A stretch of DNA of 54,312 nucleotides. Source: Opitutales bacterium (lineage in GTDB: Bacteria; Verrucomicrobiota; Verrucomicrobiia; Opitutales; Seribacteraceae). Numbering within the stretch: the stretch's first letter is position 1; each line of letters opens with the position of its first letter. The stretch lies in contig JAQXCL010000097.1 of the NCBI GenBank assembly GCA_029251885.1, positions 1-54,312 of the forward strand, in the 5' to 3' direction. The notes under the pieces are model-generated. The model was not told the DNA's origin. It searched no databases and was given only the letters and a program-made list of their open reading frames with translations. Positions 9,128 through 18,757 of the stretch are shown piece by piece. Made by a program: the position numbers and the translations under genes.

Positions 9128-10114
9128 ATGCTTTCTCGAGTTGCAGATAATTTATATTGGATGAGCCGGTACATTGAACGGGCTGAGGGAATGTCCCGTA
9201 TGATACAGGTACACCAAAGCCTTGCCTTGGAATATGCGGGGAACGACCAACAACTCGAAGAGTTTTGGCAACCTGTTCTTAAATCCATTTGTACAGACCA
9301 AGTACACCTGGAAGTAGAGGGGTTCCGTAAAATTGGTAAAACATTGATTTTCTCCGATACTTATTCGAACTCCATTCGTTCCTGTATTTCGATGGCTCGG
9401 GAAAATGCCCGTATGGTCAGGGATCAATTATCTGAAGAACTTTGGTTGGAAATAAATAACATTTATCTTTTATTTCGCGATGGCGGAGCGGAAAAACTCT
9501 ATGATCAGGGATCCGATCATTTACTCGATCGAATCGCTCGTTTTTCCCTGGTTTTTCAGGGCTTATCTGATGCCACCATTCCCCATGGTGAGGGTTGGCG
9601 CTTTTTGTCCTTAGGGAAATATTTGGAACGGACTGATCAGACAAGTCGAATGCTCGATACATTAAATTTGCGTAGTAAGGCTCCATCCCGTGTTGATTTA
9701 ATGTCCGTCCTTCGTTGCTGCATTGCTTTATCTGCGTTTCGCCTACAATTCCGGGGAAATCTTTCTCTCCAAAATGTTGCAAACTTCCTACTTTTTTCAG
9801 AAGATTTTCCTAGATCAATTCGTTTTTGCCTACGAGCTATTGATCATAGCCTTCATACAATATCTGGCTTTCCGTCAGGGGCGTTTTCTAACGAGGCAGA
9901 GCGGTTGACCGGAAGTGCTTTGGCTATGGTAAATTTTACAAGTTGGGAACAGGTAGTGGAAAAGGGATTACATCAGACTCTCGATGAATTGCAGGTCACC
10001 CTGATTAAAATTGGAAAAAGGGTATTTGAAACCTATGTGTTATTACCCTCAGAAATTAAAAGCCTGGGTGAGATTGATTCCGTCCGACTTGCCCAAGCTC
10101 AACAACAGCAGTGA
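9128..10114 (+). CDS. Alpha-E domain protein (DUF403)
   Basis: MLSRVADNLYWMSRYIERAE, ARENAR, GKYLERTD (the two ER motifs) and FPRSI. Confidence 0.92.
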   Translation: MLSRVADNLYWMSRYIERAEGMSRMIQVHQSLALEYAGNDQQLEEFWQPVLKSICTDQVHLEVEGFRKIGKTLIFSDTYSNSIRSCISMARENARMVRDQLSEELWLEINNIYLLFRDGGAEKLYDQGSDHLLDRIARFSLVFQGLSDATIPHGEGWRFLSLGKYLERTDQTSRMLDTLNLRSKAPSRVDLMSVLRCCIALSAFRLQFRGNLSLQNVANFLLFSEDFPRSIRFCLRAIDHSLHTISGFPSGAFSNEAERLTGSALAMVNFTSWEQVVEKGLHQTLDELQVTLIKIGKRVFETYVLLPSEIKSLGEIDSVRLAQAQQQQ

Positions 10115-10162
10115 TTCCTAAAAGGCTTAAACTTGTGGTTGCCTAGGATTTTTTAGCAAACC

Positions 10163-11017
10163 ATGCGCTTGTACATTTTTCATCGAACAAGTTACCGTTA
10201 TCCAAGTCCGGTTACTCAAAGCTACAACGAATTAAGGCTGCATCCTCTTACCAACAATTGGCAGAAGTGTATATCTTCAACATTGTCTATTTTGCCGATC
10301 TGTCGCCCGAAAAGCTATTTGGATTTAAATGGAAACATCGTACAATTTTTCGAACTTGCAGAGGAACATAAAAAATTGGCGATTGAGGTGCGTTCAGATG
10401 TCGAAACTAGTCTTCAGGTGAATTTTGAGGAATTTCCTTATGGGGTAAATTTGTCAACTTTGGCCAAAATGGAAAGGGTTCCTGAATACAGAGGTTATTT
10501 ACAGACTTCTACTTTTGTGGAGATTAATCCAGAGATCTGGCGCACCGCGGTTGATATTCAAGCAAACTCTAAAGATGTTTTTGAAACCGCCTATCAAGTG
10601 ATGGGTTTCATTTATCAGAACTTTGAATATTCAAAAAGTACAACAACGGTAGAGACCCACGCCAATGAAGTTCTTAAAATTCGCCGCGGTGTCTGTCAGG
10701 ATTTTGTGCATGCCGCTCTTGCTCTATGCCGCTGCCTAGGTATTCCCGCTCGCTATGTGAGCGGATACTTTTTCGATTCAACTAGGGATCGTCAGATGCG
10801 TGGAGCTGAAGCTTCGCACGCCTGGCTCGAAGTTATGGTTGAAGGACATGGATGGTTTGGCTTGGATCCAACCAACAACCGGGTGGTAGATGATACTTAT
10901 GTTATTTTGGGGACGGGTAGGGACTATCGGGATGTTGCACCGGTCACCGGCTCCTATTTTGGGCCCAGGCCCAGTGAATTCGAGGTCGTTGTCCGGGTAA
11001 AGCAGGTGGATGATTAA
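10163..11017 (+). CDS. Transglutaminase-like protein with bacterial N-terminal domain
   Basis: HRTSYRY N-domain; triad motifs GVCQD, SHAW and LDPTN; GRDYRDVAP. Confidence 0.92.
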   Translation: MRLYIFHRTSYRYPSPVTQSYNELRLHPLTNNWQKCISSTLSILPICRPKSYLDLNGNIVQFFELAEEHKKLAIEVRSDVETSLQVNFEEFPYGVNLSTLAKMERVPEYRGYLQTSTFVEINPEIWRTAVDIQANSKDVFETAYQVMGFIYQNFEYSKSTTTVETHANEVLKIRRGVCQDFVHAALALCRCLGIPARYVSGYFFDSTRDRQMRGAEASHAWLEVMVEGHGWFGLDPTNNRVVDDTYVILGTGRDYRDVAPVTGSYFGPRPSEFEVVVRVKQVDD

Positions 11018-12696
11018 AGCCTGAAATTAGAAGACCGGTTGGCCAAGGGGATCGAGTCGATAAGTTTGCGGGTATAACTTGATTTTGGATCTCGATAAAG
11101 ATCTTCTGCTAACCCGTTCTCTACCATTTTTCCATTCTGCATTACCGAAATCTCATCGGACATAAACTTGACTACGCTCAAGTCGTGAGAAATGAAAAGA
11201 TAGGTAAGGTTGCGAGAGGCTTGAAGAGATCGTAGCAAATTGAGTACCTGAGCTTGAACGGATACATCCATGGCACTGACGCATTCATCACAAACAATAA
11301 ATTCAGGTTCAGTGGTCAATGCTCGAGCAACACATATCCTTTGCCTTTGCCCTCCAGAGAATTCATGAGGATATCGGTTCAAATATTTCTCTCCCAGACC
11401 CACTTCTTCAAGAAGTTTGACAACGTGATCGATGCGGTCCTTACGGGACTTCCCAAGGCCATGTACCTTCATTGGTTCAAGCAGGGCTTGCTCCACGGTC
11501 ATGCGGGGATTTAAGGAAGCATAGGGATCTTGAAAAATAATCTGCATAGATTTACGAAACTTTGTGCGATCCTGAATGTTTTCTAATGAAATTACATTTC
11601 CCTGGTAAAGAATTTTTCCTGAATTTGCTTTGGTCAAATGGAGGATAGATCTGCCCAAAGTAGTTTTCCCAGAACCTGACTCTCCGACCAGACCATGGGT
11701 CGATCCTCTACGAATAACAAGGCTTGCTCCATCAACTGCCCGGACAGGACCATCTTCGGTAGGGAATTCAACCACCAAGTCTTGAACTTCAAGCAGAGTT
11801 TCTTGAGTATCCAAATTAAGGGATGGTAGTGCCAGTTTTTCAAGGACTTGGTCTTTCCCCGACTTTGGATTCATGAAATCATCCACCGTGAGCAAACGGA
11901 CAGGGGTACTTTCCAATGTCGGTCTGCAAGCGATCAGGGCTTTGACATAGGAGTGTTGAGGGTTGGAAAAAATCGAACGCGTATCGTTTTGCTCGACTAC
12001 TTTCCCACGGTACATCACCACTACGCGATCAGCCAGTTCAGCGACAAGACCCAGGTCATGACTAACAAAAAGAACACTCACTCCCAAGTCGGTGCACAAT
12101 TCTTTAAGAATGTTCAGGACCTTTGCCTGAACCGTTACATCAAGGGCGGTGGTGGGTTCATCTGCAAGTAATAGGGAGGGTTTGGTCACCAAGGCCATGG
12201 CAATCATTGCTCTTTGTCGCATACCCCCGGAAAATTCGTGCGGGTAGGCATGGGGGTGTTCTACCACTCGTTGAACGCCTACCCGGACAAGCATTTCACA
12301 AGCCTGCTTCCTGGCATCCTTCGGACTGGCCATTCCATGGATAACCAGAGGTTCTGCAACCTGATCAAGTACAGACAGGTATGGGTTCAAGCAACTCATC
12401 GGATCTTGAAAGATCATAGAAATTTCTTTTCCACGAATTCCTCGTATTTTTTTATCGTGTTGATTGAGGAGATCTTTTCCTGACCAGTCGATCTTTCCCG
12501 CCTCTATGCGTGCGGGTGGCGTGGGGAGAAGTTGTAGGATGGAGTTACAAGTTACGGACTTACCTGAACCTGATTCGCCGACCAAGCCAATAATTTCTCC
12601 AGGCTTGATTGAAAGATCAACCCCATCGACAGCATGGATAATTCCTTCGCGGGTGTGAAAGGATACTTTTAAGTTTTGTATGTCTAAATTTCCCAT
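11014..12696 (-). CDS. Oligopeptide ABC transporter ATPase, fused OppD-OppF type (two NBDs)
   Basis: Two GESGSGK Walker A motifs, plus FSGGMRQR and FSGGQRQR signatures. ATG 12696 preferred over 12744. Confidence 0.93.
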   Translation of the reverse strand: MGNLDIQNLKVSFHTREGIIHAVDGVDLSIKPGEIIGLVGESGSGKSVTCNSILQLLPTPPARIEAGKIDWSGKDLLNQHDKKIRGIRGKEISMIFQDPMSCLNPYLSVLDQVAEPLVIHGMASPKDARKQACEMLVRVGVQRVVEHPHAYPHEFSGGMRQRAMIAMALVTKPSLLLADEPTTALDVTVQAKVLNILKELCTDLGVSVLFVSHDLGLVAELADRVVVMYRGKVVEQNDTRSIFSNPQHSYVKALIACRPTLESTPVRLLTVDDFMNPKSGKDQVLEKLALPSLNLDTQETLLEVQDLVVEFPTEDGPVRAVDGASLVIRRGSTHGLVGESGSGKTTLGRSILHLTKANSGKILYQGNVISLENIQDRTKFRKSMQIIFQDPYASLNPRMTVEQALLEPMKVHGLGKSRKDRIDHVVKLLEEVGLGEKYLNRYPHEFSGGQRQRICVARALTTEPEFIVCDECVSAMDVSVQAQVLNLLRSLQASRNLTYLFISHDLSVVKFMSDEISVMQNGKMVENGLAEDLYRDPKSSYTRKLIDSIPLANRSSNFRL

Positions 12697-12700
12697 TTCC

Positions 12701-13561
12701 CTAATCTTTGGAGGATTTTGGATCGAGGGCATCACGCAGACCATCCCCTAAAAAATTAAGGGCGAATAAAGACAGACAGAAAAACATTCCTGGGAAAAAG
12801 AGCAGCCAGGGAGCAGCATCCATTTTCTCTGCACCTTCCTTGATCAGGCTACCCCATGAGCTCATTGGAGCCTGTACACCAAGACCAAGAAAACTCAGCA
12901 CCGCTTCCAAGAGCATAACTGCAGGCACGGTTAGGGTGGCATAAATGATGATCGGACCAATCAAGTTTGGAAGGAGGTGGCGAAAAAGGATACGACCATG
13001 CGAATAGCCCAAGGCCCGTGCAGCTTCTACAAATTCAGAGCGTTTTAAATTCATGGTTTGTGCCCGGGTGATGCGAGCCATGGTCAGCCATTCCACAGCA
13101 CCAATTGCGAGAAAAAGTAAGAGGAAGTTTCGACCGAACATGACCATTAGTAAAATAACAAAAATCGTAAAAGGTAGGGCGTAAAGCACATCTACTGCAC
13201 GCATCATCCATGCATCTACCCGACCACCAGTATAGCCTGAAAACATTCCATAACTCACCCCAATAACCAGAGAAACCAGGGTGGCTAGTAGTCCAACTGC
13301 CAAAGAAATCCTACCTCCATAAGTGGTACGGGCAAAGAGATCGCGACCAAGGTTGTCCGTGCCAAAAATATGATCTTTACCTGGGCCTTCAAACACGCGA
13401 TCGAGATTCTGTTGATCGTAAGCGTACGGAGATATCGAAGGCCCAATGAAGGATAATATAGTAATGCCGATTAAAATGAACAAGCTGATCATAGCCATAC
13501 GATTTGCTCTTAAGCGCAACCAGGCGTCTCTTCCTAAGGAGGATGATTTTTCAACACTCAT
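12701..13561 (-). CDS. oppC: Oligopeptide ABC permease OppC
   Basis: HIFGTDNLGRD, EFVEAARALG and RHLLPN. Confidence 0.93.
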   Translation of the reverse strand: MSVEKSSSLGRDAWLRLRANRMAMISLFILIGITILSFIGPSISPYAYDQQNLDRVFEGPGKDHIFGTDNLGRDLFARTTYGGRISLAVGLLATLVSLVIGVSYGMFSGYTGGRVDAWMMRAVDVLYALPFTIFVILLMVMFGRNFLLLFLAIGAVEWLTMARITRAQTMNLKRSEFVEAARALGYSHGRILFRHLLPNLIGPIIIYATLTVPAVMLLEAVLSFLGLGVQAPMSSWGSLIKEGAEKMDAAPWLLFFPGMFFCLSLFALNFLGDGLRDALDPKSSKD

Positions 13562-14478
13562 TGTGCTTGTCGGGCTTTGGGATCAAGCCAAGCCTGAAGT
13601 AAGTCGACCAATAAGTTGAGAAGTATAATCAAGGCGGCATAGAAAAGTACGGTTCCTAAGACCATTGTGTAGTCCCTGTTGAAAGCTGCGGTAACAAAGA
13701 ATTTTCCCAGACCAGGTATAAAAAATATACTTTCTATGATAAAGGATCCGCTAATCAATCCGGCAAAGGCGGGTCCTAAATAAGTCACCACCGGTAAAAG
13801 CCCTCCCCTTAAGGCATGCCTAGTTACAACCCGCCAAGGACTTGCTCCTTTAGCACGAGCGGTACGAACATAATCTTGCTGTAAAGTTTCAAGCATACCT
13901 GCCCGGGTCAGGCGGGCAACATAGGCTGCATAGAAAAGACCAAGAGTGAAGGAAGGAAGTACCCAGTCTGCTGGACCATACCATCCAAGTGGTGGAAAGA
14001 GACCGAGCTGAGTGGAGAAAATGTAAATCAGCAAAGGTCCAAGTACAAAGGTTGGTAAGCAGATCCCCGCCATAGACAAACTCATGGGCAGGTAATCCAA
14101 CCAGGTATTTTTTCGCAGAGCGGCAATAATTCCGGCAGGTATTCCGATAAGCAAGGCGATCCCCAAAGACAATACGCCCAAAGTAAGGGAAACTGGAAAG
14201 GCGGTAGCGATCAATTCGGAGACTTCCCAGCCCGGATATTTAAATGATGGTCCAAGATCGCCACGCAAAAGGTTTTTTAAATAGAGCAGGTACTGATCAA
14301 ACAATGGACGATCGAGCCCAAAATGACTTTCCAGTTTTACTTTGATCTCTTGAGGAATTGCCTTCTCCGTATCAAACGGACCACCCGGAGCATATCGGGT
14401 CATAAAAAAGGTAAGAGTGGCAATCACCCAAAGAGTGGGGACGGCTTGCACTACCCGAGAGAGAACAAACTTTTTCAT
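13558..14478 (-). CDS. oppB: Oligopeptide ABC permease OppB
   Basis: APGGPF, GDLGPSF, DYVRTARAKG and NRDY. Confidence 0.93.
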   Translation of the reverse strand: MKKFVLSRVVQAVPTLWVIATLTFFMTRYAPGGPFDTEKAIPQEIKVKLESHFGLDRPLFDQYLLYLKNLLRGDLGPSFKYPGWEVSELIATAFPVSLTLGVLSLGIALLIGIPAGIIAALRKNTWLDYLPMSLSMAGICLPTFVLGPLLIYIFSTQLGLFPPLGWYGPADWVLPSFTLGLFYAAYVARLTRAGMLETLQQDYVRTARAKGASPWRVVTRHALRGGLLPVVTYLGPAFAGLISGSFIIESIFFIPGLGKFFVTAAFNRDYTMVLGTVLFYAALIILLNLLVDLLQAWLDPKARQAQ

Positions 14479-16148
14479 GGGGCTTCCTCCTTTTGCAAGT
14501 AGACATACTTATAAGGATGGTGATCCAGTAGGTTGGGGTACCAACCGTGCACTGTGGGGTGTCGCAGAGTTAGATGAACATAAAAGTAGAGAGGCAGGAC
14601 GGGGAAATTTTTTGCTAATAAATCTTCGCATATCTGAAAATTTCCCCATCGTTCTTCCTCGGAATTCGATGTTTCCCCAAGTTTCAGGGCTTTGTCGTAG
14701 GATGCATTTGCCCAGCCGGTCATATTGAGCCCTTCACCCGACCGCCACATATGGAGAAAAGTATGTGGATCAACATAATCTCCAATCCATCCTGCTCGAG
14801 CCAATGAAAATTCACCTTTTGAAATAGTGGAGAGAAAAACTTTCCATTCCATATTGAATAATCGAATTTCCACTCCAAGGGCTTCATTCCACATGCCGTG
14901 CAGGGCTTCGGCAACCTTCTTGTGTCCCTCTGATGTGTTGTAAGTTAACTCAATGGGCGGAAGTCGCTCCAATCCTTTTTCTGATAAATAGGAATCGAGC
15001 AAGCGCCTGGCCTTTTTCGGGTCGTGAAGAAACTGTGGCTGTGGATAAAAACCACCCGTGCCAGGAGGTGTAAAGGTATTTGCGGGTGTTTGTCCGCCTT
15101 TTAGAACTTTGTCGACCAGTCGTTGACGATCGATTGCCAGGCTAAAAGCTTGGCGAACCCGAAGATCGTCAAACGGGGGAGATTTTAAGTTGAACCGATA
15201 AAAATACGTGCCGAGATAAGGTTCGAAGTAAAGTTCATCGGGATACTTTTCTTTTAAGTAATCAATGCGATCCGCGGATACACTCTGAGTTAAGTGTAGA
15301 AAGCCGGCCCGATAGGCCCGTTCCTCGGTGTCAACTGATTCGATGGGGTAGAAACGAATGCCTTCGAGTCGGACAGAAGAAGCATCCCAATAGTGTTGAT
15401 TCTTTCCTACCGCGATGACCGAATTAATTTGATGCTCGACCAGTTGAAAGGGTCCATTGCCTACAAAGTTACCTGGCTTGGTCCATGGAGTCCCCATTTT
15501 TTCAAAGGCATCAAATTTTTCCAGGGTGGGGCGGTGGACCGGAAACCAGGAATAATGATTAAGCAATTCCAGGAAGTATGGAATCGGATGTTCCAAGGTA
15601 ATTTTCAAAGTATAATTATCAATCGCTTCGGCTCCCACCTTGGCTTCCTCCCAAGTCTTTTTTCCTTCGTGGTATAGTTTAGCGTTTTTTAGGGGATGAA
15701 GCATGGAAGCATACTGAGCTCCCAAATTCGGATTAAGGATTCGACGAAAGGAATAAACAAAATCATGAGCAGTTACCGGATCTCCATTGCTCCAGAGTGC
15801 ATTCTCTCGGAGATAAAAAAGGTAGGTTTTCCCCTCTTCCAACTTCTCCCATCGTTGGGCGACTCCAGGGACGGGTTTTAGGGTTTCAGGGTGCTCGCTT
15901 ACCAAACCCTCAAGTAAGGCAGACAGAACGTTGTGAGCGGCCACACTGGTCGCCAGATGAGGATCCAGATGCTGTGGTTCCGCACCCAACCCAAAGTGTA
16001 GGATATTCTCGTCCAGTGCAGTCTCGACATTAGAGGGCTTGGAGCAGCCCTGAACGAACCATAACAAGCAAACACAACCGAAAAATGCGTTTAAAGGATG
16101 AAATTTAGGGAATGTTAATACTGTGCACATAAAATATGTATCCGACAA
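14475..16148 (-). CDS. oppA: Oligopeptide ABC substrate-binding lipoprotein OppA
   Basis: Lipobox VQGC, EPQHLDP, WSNGDPVTAHDFVYS, NGPF and RAGWIGDY. Exact start uncertain. Confidence 0.92.
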   Translation of the reverse strand: MSDTYFMCTVLTFPKFHPLNAFFGCVCLLWFVQGCSKPSNVETALDENILHFGLGAEPQHLDPHLATSVAAHNVLSALLEGLVSEHPETLKPVPGVAQRWEKLEEGKTYLFYLRENALWSNGDPVTAHDFVYSFRRILNPNLGAQYASMLHPLKNAKLYHEGKKTWEEAKVGAEAIDNYTLKITLEHPIPYFLELLNHYSWFPVHRPTLEKFDAFEKMGTPWTKPGNFVGNGPFQLVEHQINSVIAVGKNQHYWDASSVRLEGIRFYPIESVDTEERAYRAGFLHLTQSVSADRIDYLKEKYPDELYFEPYLGTYFYRFNLKSPPFDDLRVRQAFSLAIDRQRLVDKVLKGGQTPANTFTPPGTGGFYPQPQFLHDPKKARRLLDSYLSEKGLERLPPIELTYNTSEGHKKVAEALHGMWNEALGVEIRLFNMEWKVFLSTISKGEFSLARAGWIGDYVDPHTFLHMWRSGEGLNMTGWANASYDKALKLGETSNSEEERWGNFQICEDLLAKNFPVLPLYFYVHLTLRHPTVHGWYPNLLDHHPYKYVYLQKEEAP

Positions 16149-16259
16149 ATACGAGACAGGCGGTAAGGCTTGGCAAGCAAAAGGATGGATAAATGTTCAG
16201 GTTTTAGGTGTTTGTCTTTACTCCGATGAGAGATTCGAAGTATGAATTTCTTTTTCTGA

Positions 16260-17684
16260 ATGCGCGATTACTTCATTCGTAGGTTGCTTTTAATTCCTCC
16301 CGTATTGGTAGGGATTAGCTTGATGGTATTTGCTTTGACACGGATAGCCCCCGGTGGACCGATCGAGCGGGCGATGATGCAGATGCAACAAGTGGGTGAG
16401 GAAGGTGGGGGTGGACGAAGTCCTGGAACCGAGCAAGCTCTTTCAGCAGAGCAGTTATTGCAGATGAAAAGGCTTTACGGATTTGATAAGCCTGTCTGGG
16501 AAGCGTATTTAATTTGGTTAGGTTTAAGGCCTAGAGAAATTGAATTTCGTGAGGTTCGATTTTCGGATAATAAAAAAAAGATTAGCGAACGGATCAGTTT
16601 GCCAAACTTTCATCTCGTTCGTTTGGATTGGAATGGAGATGGGTATGTGAGCCGGGAGGAAATCCCGGGACATCTTAAACGGGCCATACCTTTTAAAAAA
16701 TTCGATCGCAATAGCGATGGCCGGATTGACGGGTGGGAGGCAGATTCTCGCAGTGGATGGGTTGATAGAGCCCGCGAAAGTATAGATTTACTAAGAGGCG
16801 ATGATGGTAGCGTAAAGATCTTGAATCGTTCCTCTCTTTTGGGAAATTGGCAGGTTCGAATGCGTGATGCAGAAAACAGCAAATTTGCGGTACCAATTGC
16901 CGAGTTGTATCTGGAAAAGTATGCCGGTGTATTTCAGGGAAACCTTGGGAAATCCATTCGGTTTGGAGAACCGGTGATCTCTGTTATCGCTGAACGCCTT
17001 CCTGTTTCAACCTATTTTGGAGTCCTCACCTTTTTATTAAGCTATTTTGTTTGTATACCCCTGGGAGTCTTTAAGGCATTAAGGCACAAGACAGGGTGGG
17101 ACGATTTCTCCTCCGTAGTGGTATTTATTGGATATGCTGTTCCTGGGTATGCCTTGGGATCTTTGTTGTTGCTCTTCTTTTCAGTCAAGCTCGATTGGTT
17201 GCCCATGAGTGGGCTAACCTCGCCAGGTGCCGAGGCAATGAGTCCGTGGGAGCAAACTTTGGATCTGTTCGCTCATACGATTCAACCTCTGGCTTGTTAT
17301 TTAATCGGCGGATTTGCCTTTGTTACCATGTTGATGAAAAACCACCTGCTCGACCATCTTGCTGCCGATTATGTTAGAACAGCGATGGCCAAAGGGCTTT
17401 CTTTTTCCCAAGCTGTTCGAAGACACGCCATACGCAATTCGCTTGTGCCGATGGCCACCAATGTCGGGCACCAAGTGACTTTATTTGTAACGGGTTCTTT
17501 TCTGATTGAAACGATTTTTGATATCGATGGATTTGGGCTTTTGGGATTTAACGCGGTAATCGACCGGGATTATCCTGTGGTTATGGGAGTACTTGGATTG
17601 TCCGCCTGCTTAATGTTGTTGGGTAATGTGCTTGCAGATGCTCTCGTGGCGTGGGCGGATCCACGAGTACGCTTTGAGGGATGA
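16260..17684 (+). CDS. yejB: Peptide ABC permease, YejB-like, with a large EF-hand-containing loop insertion
   Basis: YFIRRLLLIPP, APGGPIE, YGFDKP, GNLGKS, DYVRTAMAKG, RDYPVV and DPRVRF. The insert carries DWNGDGYVSREE and DRNSDGRIDGWE. Confidence 0.88.
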   Translation: MRDYFIRRLLLIPPVLVGISLMVFALTRIAPGGPIERAMMQMQQVGEEGGGGRSPGTEQALSAEQLLQMKRLYGFDKPVWEAYLIWLGLRPREIEFREVRFSDNKKKISERISLPNFHLVRLDWNGDGYVSREEIPGHLKRAIPFKKFDRNSDGRIDGWEADSRSGWVDRARESIDLLRGDDGSVKILNRSSLLGNWQVRMRDAENSKFAVPIAELYLEKYAGVFQGNLGKSIRFGEPVISVIAERLPVSTYFGVLTFLLSYFVCIPLGVFKALRHKTGWDDFSSVVVFIGYAVPGYALGSLLLLFFSVKLDWLPMSGLTSPGAEAMSPWEQTLDLFAHTIQPLACYLIGGFAFVTMLMKNHLLDHLAADYVRTAMAKGLSFSQAVRRHAIRNSLVPMATNVGHQVTLFVTGSFLIETIFDIDGFGLLGFNAVIDRDYPVVMGVLGLSACLMLLGNVLADALVAWADPRVRFEG

Positions 17685-18757
17685 TGAGAATAACCCTAAA
17701 CCCTTTAACCCTGCGGAAGCTTCAACGCTTTCGCTCTCTGCGTCGCGGTTATTGGTCATTTATCCTTTTGCTTGGTGCTTTTTTTCTTAGCTTGTGTGCT
17801 GAGTTGGTCGTAAATAAACGGGCTTTGATTGTATATTATGAGGGCGAATATTTTTTCCCTTCCTATGGTGCTCAAATTCCTGGAGACCACTTTGGTTTGG
17901 GTTACAGTTACGAGACTAATTATCGAGAACTCAAACGGGTTTTTCACCAACGATCAGAAGGCAACTGGCTCCTTTTACCACCCGTTCCCTATGATCCCTA
18001 TGAGATGGACTATCGAGAAACTGATTCCACCGGTTTTTCACCTCCAAGTTGGGAAAGCCGGCACCTTTTGGGTACGGATAAAACTGAAAGAGATGTGCTC
18101 GCCCGTTTGGTCTACGGGTTCCGTATTACTTTTGCCTTCGCCCTGGGCTACCTTTTTTTAACTTATTTGTTGGCTATTGTGGCTGGATCTGTCCTTGGCT
18201 ATTTTGGTGGTAAGGTTGATATGTTCGGGTTGCGCCTCGTTGAGGTCTGGTCGAATGTCCCCTTTCTTTACATGGTGATCATCCTTGTATCCGTGATGCC
18301 CGGGTGGTGGGGACTTACTTGGCAGATATCTTCCCTGCTTTTGATCATGGTATTGTTTAGCTGGACTGGAATGACTTATTATGTTCGTTCCGCTATTTAC
18401 AAAGAAAAAGCCAAGGACTATATCGCTGCCGCTAAGGTGATTGGAGCGGGGTCGGGAAGGATCATTCTTCGGCATCTCCTGCCTAATGTTATTTCCACCT
18501 TGGTTACTTTTGCTCCTTTTACTGTAGCTGCGGCGATATCCTCAATTACCGCATTAGATTTTCTTGGCTATGGTCTGCCAGCACCGACTCCTAGTTGGGG
18601 TGAATTGCTCAAGCAGGGGGTGGATAACCTCAGAATTGCCCCGTGGATTGTTTCGTCCGCCGCCGGGGCTCTTGTACTTACCCTTACCTTAGTTACCTTC
18701 GTCGGAGAAGCGATTCGCGAAGCTTTTGACCCCAAAAAATTTTCCACTTACCAATGA
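17681..18757 (+). CDS. yejE: Peptide ABC permease, YejE-like
   Basis: RFRSLRRGYWSF, HLLGTD, RDVLARLVYGFR, LDFLGYGLP and GEAIREAFDP. Confidence 0.88.
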   Translation: MMRITLNPLTLRKLQRFRSLRRGYWSFILLLGAFFLSLCAELVVNKRALIVYYEGEYFFPSYGAQIPGDHFGLGYSYETNYRELKRVFHQRSEGNWLLLPPVPYDPYEMDYRETDSTGFSPPSWESRHLLGTDKTERDVLARLVYGFRITFAFALGYLFLTYLLAIVAGSVLGYFGGKVDMFGLRLVEVWSNVPFLYMVIILVSVMPGWWGLTWQISSLLLIMVLFSWTGMTYYVRSAIYKEKAKDYIAAAKVIGAGSGRIILRHLLPNVISTLVTFAPFTVAAAISSITALDFLGYGLPAPTPSWGELLKQGVDNLRIAPWIVSSAAGALVLTLTLVTFVGEAIREAFDPKKFSTYQ

